A stretch of DNA of 64,000 bases from the human T2T-CHM13v2.0 reference genome, Homo sapiens, in NCBI RefSeq assembly GCF_009914755.1, contig NC_060934.1; one strand, 5' to 3'. The position numbers and the translations under genes are program-made. The notes under the pieces were generated by a model that was given only the letters and a program-made list of their open reading frames with translations, had not been told where the DNA came from and searched no databases. The stretch's first letter is position 1; the number at the start of each line of letters is the position of its first letter. Below are positions 30,386-48,393 of the stretch, piece by piece.

Positions 30386-31567
30386 TTGTCGTTGACTCCT
30401 TCCACCTTGGGAATGAATCTCAGGCAGTGGCAACTTTTACATTTACTATGTAGTTTATTTTTCTTCGCTTCATTGCCCAATTAACATATCTTCTTTCTGA
30501 TTGACACATTCTATATTTGGATGGTTAATATATTCATCCTGTAACTTTCAAGTTTTGCTGGCCTAAGAGTATTTCTGTCTTTTGTGACTTTGCATATCTA
30601 TATTTTAGTCCACTTTGTGGTAATTTAACTCTCTGAAGGACAATAATTTTCTTTGCATAAATTTCAAGTTTTGGATAAAGTATCACTCCAGCTACCATGT
30701 GCTAATTATCTATATCAGTACCAGAGTGCCATGTGTTCCTTTAGCCAGCTAAAAAGATATATGACTACATCATGGATTTTCATGTATAATTTAAAAATGA
30801 GTAACCCAAATGTACATAAATTAAATTAAATTAAATTCGTAGTTCCATCTCACGGGTTTAGTGACAGTAACAAATCCCTCCAGCCTCTACAAGCATCGCT
30901 CCTTGTTCTATTTGGAGGTCTTAAGCACTTTGTGATATTTGTTCTTTATTTGTCACTGCCCAGCCCTGATAGAACTAATCTTTTCACATTCTTCCTCAAA
31001 AGCCCAAGTGCTAGGATTGTACTCTTGGAAATGGATACAATTCTATAATCTCTAAGTATGATTTCCTAATTTCCTAGGTCAGGAAAAAATTTCTTCCTGT
31101 TGTCCTGCTGTGCTTTGTCACAGCAGGTCTACCTTTTCATTTGGAACCCTCTTTGTCACTGCCATAGTAACAAATGGAAACATTGAGAACATTTTGTGAC
31201 AGGCACTGTCATTGTTCCCAGTGAAATCTCTTCCCCTGTGTCTTCCCAGTAAATGAAACTGAGAAGAAAAATCATAACAAATAACATGAAAGAGGACCTA
31301 ATCAATATGTTCCCACTGGGCTGTCAATACCAGCCTGTGTTAATCTAATATGATTTAGTCATATGTTTTATGGCAGCTGTGGGAATATGGACAGGACCTA
31401 CAAATCATCTTTAGACTGAAAGTGAGTACACCTTTGACAGATTATGTGTAGGCACTTATATACAACTCTCAGATAAAAGACTAGAGACTTCACCCAAGAA
31501 CCAACATTCTTAGAATTAAAAAAAAAAAAAAACACCTTCATTAAGTATGGTTAAAAGCCACGTATAG

Positions 31568-32263
<696 letters not shown>

Positions 32264-32422
32264 AGAATACTCTTTATTTTAAAAATCCTCACAACAGCTT
32301 CAGCAGAGAAAATGTATTACCCTTAAAAATATTACCTATAATATGCAAATGACTCTGAAAACCACTCAGCAATCACAATGCAAATAATTCTCCTATTTCC
32401 CATCTAATAAAAAGGAACACTA

Positions 32423-32800
<378 letters not shown>

Positions 32801-33318
32801 TCAGAACAAGGATGCCACTTCCTCTTCATGTGGCACCTATCTATACTTCTGAGAACCATGAAGACTCTCTAATTATCTTCATATTTTCTATCCTCACCTT
32901 GTTTCTTTGGTCCCAAACATTTATAGCTTCCTTCCCCATTCTTCTTAATTGCTGCTTCATTGTGCTATGCATAGAAGTGGTGCAGAATTCTTGGGATTTG
33001 TTTTTTCTACACTACCCCCTTCCTTTGCTCTCCATCTCAGAAGACTAGAAGACAACTTGGTAAGTGTTGAATATATTGTTTCTCAGACTTCTTCACTCAA
33101 AAACCAAAACCTTCATATGACCCACATCTGCTGAGGATTTACTTGATGGTGACCAAGATGACAGCTGCCCACTGCTAAACAACCCAATGTCAACAACTCT
33201 TTTTCTTGTCTTTCTGCTCTAATGGGACATCTTCTCTGTTTTATTTCTTGAACAGAAATTTTTCTTAAAACCATCAAATGAACAGTGAAATTGGCTTGGT
33301 CATTAGGAATATGAAACA

Positions 33319-33646
<328 letters not shown>

Positions 33647-34392
33647 TCACCACAGATAGTAGTTCAGGTTCATGCAACAGAAAGCAAGAGAGAGCTATAC
33701 CCTTGCACAGTGATAGGATGCTTTATTACATGCCACACTAGTGTTATACATCCAGAGTCTTAGTCAAGCTGAAGCTAGACCAGCACCAAATTTCATAAAC
33801 ACTGTCTATGATTATTTGAGCCTTCGTTAGTTAAAAAAATGTAAAGATTATCCTCTCCAGCCATGATTTAAAAAAAGAGAGAGAGAAATCACTTTGTTCA
33901 TGTGAAATACAGGATGATTTTAGAGTGAAGCCTGTAATTTCTCATCAACGCAAATGTTCCCTCAAAGACCTAATATCCTGAATGGCCTTCATCTAGAAGC
34001 AATTGTAAATAGATAATGGAATTGAAAGGAGTTTATCTTCTGGGAATGTGGATAAGACACAGACAGTCTGAACCATGTAGGCTATCAGACTCCAAAGCTC
34101 AGATGTGAAACTTAGGTTTCTTATATTTGATGATTATTGAGAAATATTTATTCTAAGAAAATGATGTTGATATGGAAATTTTTATTTAGTTGCAGAGGTC
34201 CACAGGAAATGTAGTAAGTAAAATTTCTGAAGTTCATTTTCTTAAACAGAATTGTGACATAACAAAATATATGTGTGTTAGTTCCCTGACCTAGAATATT
34301 GGTGAGCCAATTGGAAGTAATTTGAATCCTAAAATTCTCTCAGCTGCTATTAAATGAATCTGGTCAATTTTACCTGTCTGATACATCCAACA

Positions 34393-34527
34393 TGTATCAG
34401 TTAGCTTTTACTGCATAACTAACCACTTTCAAAACCTAGTTACCTAAAATAACAACTCATTTATTTAGCTCCACAAATCTGTGGGTTGACAGCTGGGCCT
34501 GTGCTTACCTGGACAGTTCCTCTGGCC
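34393..34527 (-). mobile_element. MLT1-type MaLR LTR fragment
   Basis: tgtatcagttagcttttactgcataac...atttatttagctccacaaatctgtgggtt. Confidence 0.6.
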
Positions 34528-34684
34528 TTAGAGTGTTGAGAGATTAAGTAATTTGCCCAAGGTCATATTGAAAGCTAAGATTCAAACTCAAAATTTGGCC
34601 TCAAAGTTCTTAGCCCTAGCCATTTTGCTATACTCCCTTTTATTACTACAACATCTTAGCTTCCTCTCTAAAGGAGGAGAAATA

Positions 34685-35008
34685 GCCAAAGTGGTTTTAT
34701 AAACACTGGTCTGTCGACTGGTACCAGTCTATGACATAAGAGTTTTCATCAGTCAGTATCAAAATGTAAAAAGGCAGGGGCAAGAAAGTAAATTTCCATA
34801 AAACTAAATGTATTCAGTTTTAAATCTTGCCCTTCCTACTTTGAGGGAGTTCAGTTTTCTTTCTTTATGAATAATGTTGGTAATAGTGGATTTTTTAAAA
34901 ATGTTCTTATCTAGCAGAATTAAAGTTTGCCAGCTCTGTGTTTATCCCTAAAATCTTTTGGGCAAGTTTCAATGTTCTGTGAAATCCCAAAGTCTGGGAT
35001 TCACTGAT
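34685..35008. mobile_element. Degraded hAT-Charlie MITE (MER113-like)
   Basis: Ends resemble cagtggtt.../...gtgaaatcccaaagtctgggattcactg. Confidence 0.4.
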
Positions 35009-35152
35009 CAACCATATTTTTTCATAAATTCTACAAAATTATTTGGCCTTTTTTTTTTAATGCCAGTAAAAAATTACTGATGACGTGAATGCCATTCATG
35101 TTGGGCTTTTCTAATATCTGGCCCACTTCTTCATATAAAGAAGATGAGTATA

Positions 35153-35477
<325 letters not shown>

Positions 35478-35505
35478 CTATACTTACTGTAAACAGATGA
35501 GTACA

Positions 35506-36101
<596 letters not shown>

Positions 36102-37036
36102 TTAGTACCTAGCAGAAATCTTCACTGTGGTAAATAAGTCATCAGACACAGCATTTCAAACTATACGATAATTTACATAAAACATAACCTCTGATGTTTT
36201 AAGGCTACTTATCAGCAAAGGTCTGAATAAAACAAAATTAGCAGCATGATTGTCAAATTAACAGCTACTCTCTCTTCAGATATATAAGTTCTGAAACCAG
36301 GGGTATAAACACAGGCTTTTAATTTATTTTTCATTTAATTATCCAATTAACGTTGACATTTTATAGAATTTAGATATATTTCTAGCCCACAAAGTAAATG
36401 GCAAATTAAAAACTGATTTCTGTCATCAAATGCTCTTAAAATTTTAGAACCATCATGCTATGAGAAATTTTCAGTTGATCAAATGTAGGTTTTTGAATTG
36501 AGTTAAATAATAACAAAATGATCCTTCTTATGAATTAGGGCATAAGCACAGCTTCACATAAACAATGTTACCATCATCTTATCCCAGCAGCTATTACTTT
36601 GCCCCATTGAATCTTTTGTTTTTAACTATATCATTTAGAGTGTTTGTGCTGAAAGGAAAATTTTAAAAAATCATATTTTCTGGTTTTCAGTTTCCAGTAG
36701 TGAAACTCTTTTCAAATGAGATCTTATCTGAATCAGAATGAAATGAACCCACAAAAATTAAAAATTAAAAATGTTTTTAAGAAAGAATGAAATGAGATTA
36801 AACAAACTCCCATTTGTCCCTATCCACATTTTATTTGGTGGCTCATGATGTCACGTAGGAAAACCATGACCTATTCAAAAGCCCCTATTTGATGAATGAA
36901 GAAAGTAAGGCCCAAAGAAAGGTAAGATGAGTTGTCCAAGGGAGTTAATTGCAAATACGAGACAAGAAGCCAGATTACTGAATTCATGAAGCAGCAGTTA
37001 CTTGTGTTCATAATCCAAATGAAAGTTGTCAGTTAA

Positions 37037-37366
<330 letters not shown>

Positions 37367-38011
37367 TTAGTCCTCTTGGAAACATATAGGTCAAGAGTCA
37401 ATATCCCAAATGCACAGAAGGAGGGGTTTTTTGTTTTGTTTTGTTTTTGTCTTGATGTTTGACTTTAACAATAAACAGAAGCATACGCTAAACTTTTATT
37501 TTGGGAACCACATCAAAAGATCACACATTAGCTTTAAAATCAAATACTGACTCAGTGTTGTACATCTATGCTCCATGAAGAAGAATGACTTTTAAAGCAG
37601 TGTTTTGAAAGGGATTAGGGTGAAAGGGCATCTTATCTATATGAGTGCAAAATACTGCTTAGCAGTACTCTTCAAGAGCTTTCTTCCGAAATTAAGATCA
37701 TTTTTAAATTGATGGGCTTTTGGTTTTGTTTTTAATTCAAATACAATGTCCCATACCATGTTAACAGAACTTAGTAAGCTTCCATTTTTAGCCACCACAA
37801 AGAAGGAATAAGAAGTTATTCTCAAAGCTGTAGCTATAGGACAATAAAGTTATTCTTTCTTATAGCTACAGTACTGACCACTTGCCTGTATATTACACAT
37901 TGCTTCTCAGTTGCTCACTTTATGTGGGAGGGTGTGTTGTGCTGAACTATCTTAAAGCAACCTTTGCTCTAAATTGACTTCCTGTACATGTCAACAATTA
38001 ACACCATCTGA

Positions 38012-38346
<335 letters not shown>

Positions 38347-39961
38347 TGGTTTTCATTATGCAAATACCTGCTAGGTCAGACCTTACCCTGGCAGGCACAG
38401 TAGCTTTTTCAGTTATTTCAAAATTTAATATTTATTATTTTCCCTGAAAAATCAGTTTTCTAAAATTTGGGTCACAAGTTGTTATTTGAGTTCATGACTA
38501 ATTGGTAGTCAATATGAAGTCAAAACAAAATTTTACTAACTAGACTACATAGAAAATACAAAAAGTTTACATCTGAGCACTTTTCAGCAGGGGGAAACCA
38601 TTACTTTGTCACATCTGGATATTCTAAGCTAGCCAAATTGAAGTGGGAATTTCCTGCCAGATGTTAGTTCTTTGAGCAACCTGTGAACATCTAAGTAAGT
38701 GAGGGGTTATGAGTCCTTGTTTGGTAGAGCTATACCCACTCTGGAGGCTTGCTCCTAACAGGCAGCAGACATTTTATATGTACTACCACCAGTCAGGAGG
38801 TTGTGCAACCTATTTGAAGTCAATATGATGTGCTCTTGTTAAATGTCAAAACATCCAAGGCCTCATTTTGAATGTACAACATCAGTCTTACAGATATTAT
38901 ATCCAGGGTGAACATTGCATTGAAATGTCCTCCCAAATGTAGATGACAAAAATTTTGTTTCATTAATAGAAAGAAGGTAAGACTGAAACACCACAGGTAT
39001 TCCAGATAACTTGGATAGGGCCATTTTGTAAAGTCAGTGTAGACCAAAATATGTCTCTAAATATGAGGGAAATAAAGAATCTGAAATGACATGAAAAATA
39101 CCAAGTATTTATATCAACCTCCTGTTCTAGACGCACATGGGAATTAGGAAGTGAAAATTTCATTCAGAAGAGCTGTGCACAAAAAGTGGAAATGCATTAT
39201 TCAATTGAAACAAGTAACATTTTTAAGGGGGATAAAATACTTTCTACATGATCTCACTGGTTTTGTCGTCCTCCGTAAGGGAAAATATTGACATTTACCA
39301 GACTGTTTGCTCCAGCTTTCTGATCTCCTGCAGTTTATTTTTATAACAACCTTATCGATGGGCCTCTTACCCAGCTCTCTAGGTTTAACTGAGTTGAGTC
39401 GATTTGTTACCACAGCTTCAAGTAGCTGTTACAGAACAAGCAAGACATCCTAATAAAGCTGTAAACGTGTTTACTCAAACAGAGTATTGATTTTACTTGG
39501 AGGGGAAGAAGCCGGTTCTTAGCACAGTGTCAGGGTGGATGAATTTCACTGCAGTTTTTCATTGTCATCTGTCAGGGTTGTGAAACACTAAGTAAAGCCA
39601 TCAGAGGATAATTAGAAGTACCAGAAGTTTAGCCCCTAAAATCAGTTAACCACTTGGGAGTTTTGTAGCTTAATTAGCTTTTATTAAAACTTTCCCTAGT
39701 ATTAATAGCCAAGCACTTTTAATGGTATTTCCAAGTAGATCAAGATATCAAGATTGTGACTTGTTAAATATATGAATTTAATGGCTAAGGGTTTTTCAGA
39801 CCTTTTCTCACTCTAAATTAGGCTACCACTAGAACATAATTAGAACCAAAACCAATGTAAAGATACAGTGATCTGTACTTATACTAGCAGAATAAATGCA
39901 TGATTTTTTTTTCTGAAAAATCAACTTAAAAGAAGTAGTAAAACAATTATAAAATAATTTA

Positions 39962-40261
39962 AGCCAGGCGCAGTGGCTCATACCTGTAATCTCAGCACTT
40001 TGGGAGGCCAAGGCAGGAAGATTACTTGAGCCTAGGAGTTCAAAATGAGCCTGGGCAACATAGTGAGACTCCCATGTCTACAAAAAATTAATAAATTAGC
40101 CGGGCATGGTGGTGCACACCTATAGTTCCAGCTACTCAGGAGGCCAAAGTGGGAGGATCGCTTGAGCTCAGGAGGTCAAGGCTGCAGTGAGCCGTGATCA
40201 CACCACTGCATTCCAGTCTGTGTGACAAAACAAAGCCCTGTTTCAAAAAACAAAAATAAAA
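39962..40261 (+). mobile_element. Alu (Jb-like)
   Basis: Full dimer. Confidence 0.92.
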
Positions 40262-40651
40262 CATGTCTTTGTAGAAAAATCCAGTTTGCGTCTTTATTAC
40301 ACTTAAATGTTTTTGTAACACAATGTGATCTAAACACATAAAACTGTCAATGCCACCCTTATTTTTAAATACCTTGATTAAAGCAGATTCTAAAATATTC
40401 TAGCTTACTTTAAGTTAGTCATTGTCTTAACAATAAAAGCTGATGCACGTTGTGCAAAAGGTAAGCATCAGAGTAAGGAGTTGCTTACCTTCTGTAGAAA
40501 CTGCATTAGCTACTGAGCTTCATGAAAAGCATTCATGTGAACACTACCTGACCTCTTCCAAATGTCTAGAAAAACAAATCACAGTTGAAAAAAATCACCC
40601 ACCTAGAAAATGAACAAAAAAACTGGAAATTTATTAAAAATAAGTTTGACC

Positions 40652-40683
40652 TTCTCTCATGATGCTGCAGTCAAGCAAAAATG
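40652..40683 (+). other. 32-nt insertion flanked by 16-bp direct repeat (probable micro-retroposition)
   Basis: aaaaataagtttgacc at 40636-40651 and 40684-40699; TT/AAAA site; short A-rich 3' end. Confidence 0.7.
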
Positions 40684-41399
40684 AAAAATAAGTTTGACCA
40701 TTATATTTAAAGTACATCTTCCCATATCTAAATAATTCATTTAGTGCTTTATGGTAAACTTTTTATGTCTTCTTGCACTACTGCCTCGGCCTGTCTAAAT
40801 GACTAATAAAAATTATGATATCTCTGGGATGACCAGTTCTAAAGCCTAAGGGTAACAGACTCTGTCAGAAAGAACAGCAAAAGATGTTGGGTTTTCTTTG
40901 TCTTTGAAATGCTTTGTCACATGTTTATCTGTGCATATAGTTCTAAGCCAAATTCTACCCTGAATTGCTTTAAGCCACAAAGTAGCAGGTTGTAAAATAT
41001 TGTTGCATAAGAGGGCACCTCTAGAGCTTGCTCTTCTAATTTTTCTAAAGGTAGAAGAAATTGACTTTTCACAATTGTATTTAGATCATTCTTCCATATT
41101 AAGGTATTCAAAAACAGAAAACATAAAGGATATGGATTTATGATTATATCATTTTTATGTGCATTTCAAAAGGCCCACAATACAGTAATTTATTTTATTC
41201 TATGCAATTTTCTTGAGAATGACAGCATGTGAGAGAGCTCGTTGGATGGGGAGGGGCAGTATATAGTAGGGTAGCCATATTTGAGCTTCAAGGCACTGTT
41301 TACTCTGACTCCTTCAGTCAAAAGGAGCATAAACCCATTTCACCTAGTTCAGGTTAAGGAATTTTTTTTTTGTAAGGAAGATATTATAACAGTGGTTAA

Positions 41400-41733
<334 letters not shown>

Positions 41734-41783
41734 CCAAAAGATGTGGTTTTAAGTCCTGGTACCACATTAACTAGTTGTGGGAC

Positions 41784-42534
<751 letters not shown>

Positions 42535-43139
42535 TAAATGAAGTAATGTTTATAAAGCACAACACCTGATACATAGTAAGGATTCATTAAGTGTTACATA
42601 TTATAAGAGGGGTCTCAAAGAAGTCTCAGACAAGAGCCAGAATGACAAGTTTTCACTGAAAGTATAGCCAGATGGTGATTGTAGGTTCAAGTCAGTTCTG
42701 GAGACCTCAGCAGCAGATACTGGATCTTCACTCCAGTTCTTCACTAATTAATCCTACTCAGCTGCATTACGTGTCTGCGTCTTACTGTCTCACAGTCAGC
42801 TTCCCAGCCTGTCTTTGTTTTCCATTCTGGCTCCTAAAAGAGAACACTGGGTTATTAGCTCAATTCACTTTTTATACAATGTCATCAGTAGGACACTAGG
42901 AGAACCATAAGTTGTTTGCCCTTGAACGAGATGCCTACCCTTTGTTCCATTTAATAGTAAAGGTTGAATTTACGTGCACAAAACATTCTGCAGTGCTGGA
43001 AGTGATTTTTCTTAAAAGGGTAATACGTGGATGGGCTCTATAAACATTGTGTTTGCATGCCTTGTCCACTACCTTCTTCCCATATTTATAGTTCTGAAAA
43101 TGTTCCCTACAACGTGATCCATCTATCATACAATACATG

Positions 43140-43925
43140 GAACATCAAACAGCTTGTATCTCAAGCTAGAAACCTAGACGCCCTTCCTGAGTCCTTCCAT
43201 TCCCTCTCTCCAAACCGTCAGTGAGTTCTTTTGATTCCGCTTTAAGGATGTATCTCAAATTTGTCCACTTCTATTTCTCTGTCATGACTTTAGCTTAGGC
43301 CTGTTTTCCACTTACTGTAGTAGTTTCCTAACTGATGTCTATGCCTTCACTCTTTCTGGAACTTTATTCCATTTTCTGTATAATAGCCAAAATAATCACT
43401 TTAGGAAGAAGTTGAATTATTTCATTCCCCTGCTTACAACCTTTCCGTTGCTTCTCACTGCACTTAGCCTAAAAATCCAAGCTCCTGTGGTGATTTAAAA
43501 AAATCTATATGATCTGCTATGTTTGTATCTTTATTTCATTCCATTTTCACCTTTGCCTGCATGATGTAGCTATACTGTCAGTCTTCTTTCAGGCCTTAGA
43601 CACTTTGTACAGTGGAGTTTACTTTGCCTAGAATGTTCCTCCCCTACTCTTTAAAAGTCAACTCTTCTGTAATCATCCTATCTAAAATGGGTCCCTTGAC
43701 TAATATTCTCTCCTGTTACTCAGTTCTTTTTCATAGTAGCACTTAACACTCTGGAATTGTCTTATTTACTTATTTGTTTACTTGTTTTTGTCTATTTCCC
43801 CCATTACAATGTAAGTTTCAGAAGAACAGGAACTGTAAGTGTCTTATTTACCAGCGTATCCCCGGGACCCAGCACAGTGCCTAGCATAGAAGACTCAGTA
43901 AATATTAGTTAAATAAATGAATATA
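43140..43925 (+). mobile_element. L2 3' region
   Basis: Ends cccagcacagtgcctagcatagaagactcagtaaatattagttaaataaatgaat. Confidence 0.75.
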
Positions 43926-44105
43926 TCAATCATATGCACAGCTGCAAACCGATTTGCCCCTACCATCAAGTAAAGACCATTTAGTCGGTATTTCTAGGAA
44001 TTTGGTTATTGAGGTATATCATAAGAAGGGGTTAGAATAAGTCAGGAAACAGAGTAGGCCATACTTTAGGATCAGGTCAACTTGGTTTAAGAGTAACCCA
44101 CGCTA

Positions 44106-44366
44106 GGCCAGGTGCAGTGGCTTACGCGTGTAATCCCAGCACTTTAAGAGGCTGAGGTGAGACAATAAACTGAGCCCAGGAGTTCAAGACCAACCAGAGC
44201 AATATCGTGAGACCCCCATTGGTATCAAAAATTAAAAAATTAGCCAGACCTGGTGGCAAACACCTGTAGTCCCAGTTACTCAGGATGGTGAGATAGGAGG
44301 ATCTGTTGAGCCCAGGAGGTCAAGGAAACAATGAGCCATAATCATGCCACTGCACTCCAGCCTGAG
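44106..44366 (+). mobile_element. Alu (J-like), 3' end missing
   Basis: Dimer without tail. Confidence 0.85.
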
Positions 44367-44440
44367 TGTGTATGTGACTAATCCAGAAACAGAGAGACTG
44401 ATCATACTACCTTTAGTATCACTTAAAATAAAGGATGCTG

Positions 44441-44769
<329 letters not shown>

Positions 44770-45350
44770 CTATGGAGAGAATACATGTGTTAGGAAAGAA
44801 GGTAGTATTTAATAATAATTGTACTAAGTAGTTATAGTACAGATACAAAAAATTTATTCTCAAGATCATAATCCTGAACATCAGTTCCTGCTGTAATAGG
44901 CAGTAACATACAGGTCAGAGACTCCAGTCAAGATTTCATAAAATATATTAAAGTTATCCAGTAGATCTCCAAGTTGATTCCTGACATCACTCTCAAGTCC
45001 CCTAATACACACATCACACTCTCAAACTTACAAATTTGGTTTGCCAAAATGTCCAGTGGGAAGGGTTTAATTCAGCAGATAATAGAACCTTGCCCTGTCC
45101 TACCTAGGATCTTTGCTGCCATTCCTTCGTTTATAGGTGTGAGTGGGGTAAAAAGTAGCTCATCCATAAAGGAGGCAGTGAAAATCTCTAGTGAAGAGCA
45201 CTGAGCCTGGGACATAACCTGTTTCATTTTCCACAGCTTCTTTACCTCAAGCCACAGAATTGTTCTTAGCTCTTTAACTTTTGTCAGCACCCACATCAAA
45301 TCAACAAACTTGTTTATTTTTCTTCTTTCCTTACTATCTATCACCCAGAA

Positions 45351-45511
45351 TAGTGGTTCTCAAACTTGAGCGTGCATCAGAATCATCTGAACACTTGTTA
45401 AAAGATCTGTTGCTGGACCCTCTCCCAGGGCTTCTGATTTAGTAGGTCCGTGATGGGGCTTAAGTGATACTGAAGCAGCTGGTTCAGGGAACACGCTTTG
45501 TGAACCATTTC
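45351..45511. mobile_element. MER5A hAT-Charlie MITE
   Basis: agtggttctcaaacttgagcgtgcatcagaatca...ctttgtgaacca. Confidence 0.8.
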
Positions 45512-45685
45512 TGGAAAGAATTTTACAGTAGATTCCCATTTGATCTCTCTGCAAGCAGTCTCTTTCCTAGTAAGTTCATATTCCACACTTCTGCCAGAGT
45601 TAGCTGCCCAAAAGCAATGTAATATGCCTCCCCTGTATCAGAGTTTGGTTGGCTCTCTATTTATTATAGTATAAAATCCAAATCA

Positions 45686-46136
<451 letters not shown>

Positions 46137-47563
46137 TTATTCATTCAACACCCAGCTCATGTCACCTTCTCCAAGATGCATTTCTAAATGTCCCCCAATT
46201 GAGGTGTTATGTTATTTTTAAAGTGCATACGTGGCTTTCTCTCCTAAAGCTATAAAACCCTCAAGGACAAACACTGTGTTTTATCCATCTTTGACTCCTT
46301 TGGTGCACCCAAAGCCCAGTACCTAGACATTCAATAGCTGTTGGTTGATGGAATGAATCCAGGTACTTCTGACAGATTCCAGATTTTCACTTTCTTTTGT
46401 TTCTTATAATAAAAATGTAGTATAGAAGCAGTCATGGCATGAGTCTAGTAAACTGAGGATTCAGATCAGTCAAAGTTATAATTTATCTTATTCCCTTTCC
46501 TAAAGCAGCTAGAGATAATGAAAATAAAACCTTTAAAAAGAATGTAACACCTTTAAGTTGACTGCCTCGTGTACACTGTGGCAGCATATATCTGGTAATC
46601 ATTGGTATAGGAGGTAAGTTTAACAGGCCAGTTTAAGACAGCATATAAATCATCACTAAAGGACAGATAGCTAAGAAAGATGGAAAATAAACAAATAATT
46701 GAAAAACCAGATTGACCCAGAAATGACTAAGAACAAAGTTTGTGCAGGGAGACAGGGAGAATTGAGTTTAGTACTGTTAGTTGCTGTAAAATATATCAGG
46801 TTTGCTTTAATTACATGGTAATGCTTCTAAGAACAAAGGTAATTACATGATAACTTATGTTACTACTCCCATATTATCTCTAAATAACTATGTAATTAGC
46901 TTGTCACTACTATACAGTGTGAAGTTTGATATTACTCATGGATAAAGAACATTGGTAACTTAAGTGAGTGAGCAAGGGTGGGGTGAGGGATGGAGGCAGC
47001 AGGGAAATCATAGAATTATTACAATCAGGAATGCAAATGGTTAATTAGATCATTGCACCCAGTCCTTAAGGATCTGAGCCAGAGCCATGGAGAATACCAA
47101 ACGAGTCTGAGGTAAATTCTCCATGGCTTGTCACAGTGTCTTCTGAAGACCATAAACATACAACAAAGTAAGTTGACAAAGCACGCAACAGATCAATGAG
47201 TTTGGGATATAATGCATGTAATTTTAAACAGTTCCTTTTATTTGGGGAGGTTTTTCTTTTAAGTAAATACTAAGAATTTTTTTTAATTGAAAAATATTTC
47301 ACTCATCTCATTTTCCAACATCCTGAGGTTATATGTGTGGCCTATGGGGTGAGGATGTGTAGCACTGGGAACTCTCATTTATTGCTGGTAAAAAATGCAA
47401 AATGGTAAACAACCACTTTGGAAGACAATTTGGCAATCTCTTACAAAACTAAACATACTTTTACCATATGATCTAGCGATCAGGCTCCTTCGTTGCCCAA
47501 ATGATTTAAAAACTTACGTCTTCACAAAAACCTGCATGCATATGTTTATAGCAGTTTTATTCA

Positions 47564-48017
<454 letters not shown>

Positions 48018-48082
48018 TTAAATGCATGTTGCTAAATGAAAGAAGGCAGTCTTAAAGGCTACATACTGTGTGATTCTAACTA

Positions 48083-48393
48083 CAGTCATGCACCACATAA
48101 CATTTTGGTCATTGACAGACCACATATATGGCAGTGGTCTCATAAGATTATAAAACCTTATTTTTACTGTACCTTTTCTATGTTTAGATATGTATAGATA
48201 CATAGGTACTTAACATTTTGTTACAATTACCTAAAATTCAATAGAATAACAGGCTATACAGGATTGTAGCCTGGGAACAATAGGCTATACCATCTAGGTT
48301 TCTGTAAGTACACTCTGATGTTTTCACAATGACACAATCACCTAGTGATCCATTTCTCAGAATATATCCCCGTTGTTAAGCAACTCAAGACTG
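48083..48393. mobile_element. Tigger3a (MER7A) TcMar-Tigger MITE
   Basis: TA|cagtcatgcaccacataac ... gttaagcaactcaagactg|TA; TA TSD. Confidence 0.82.
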
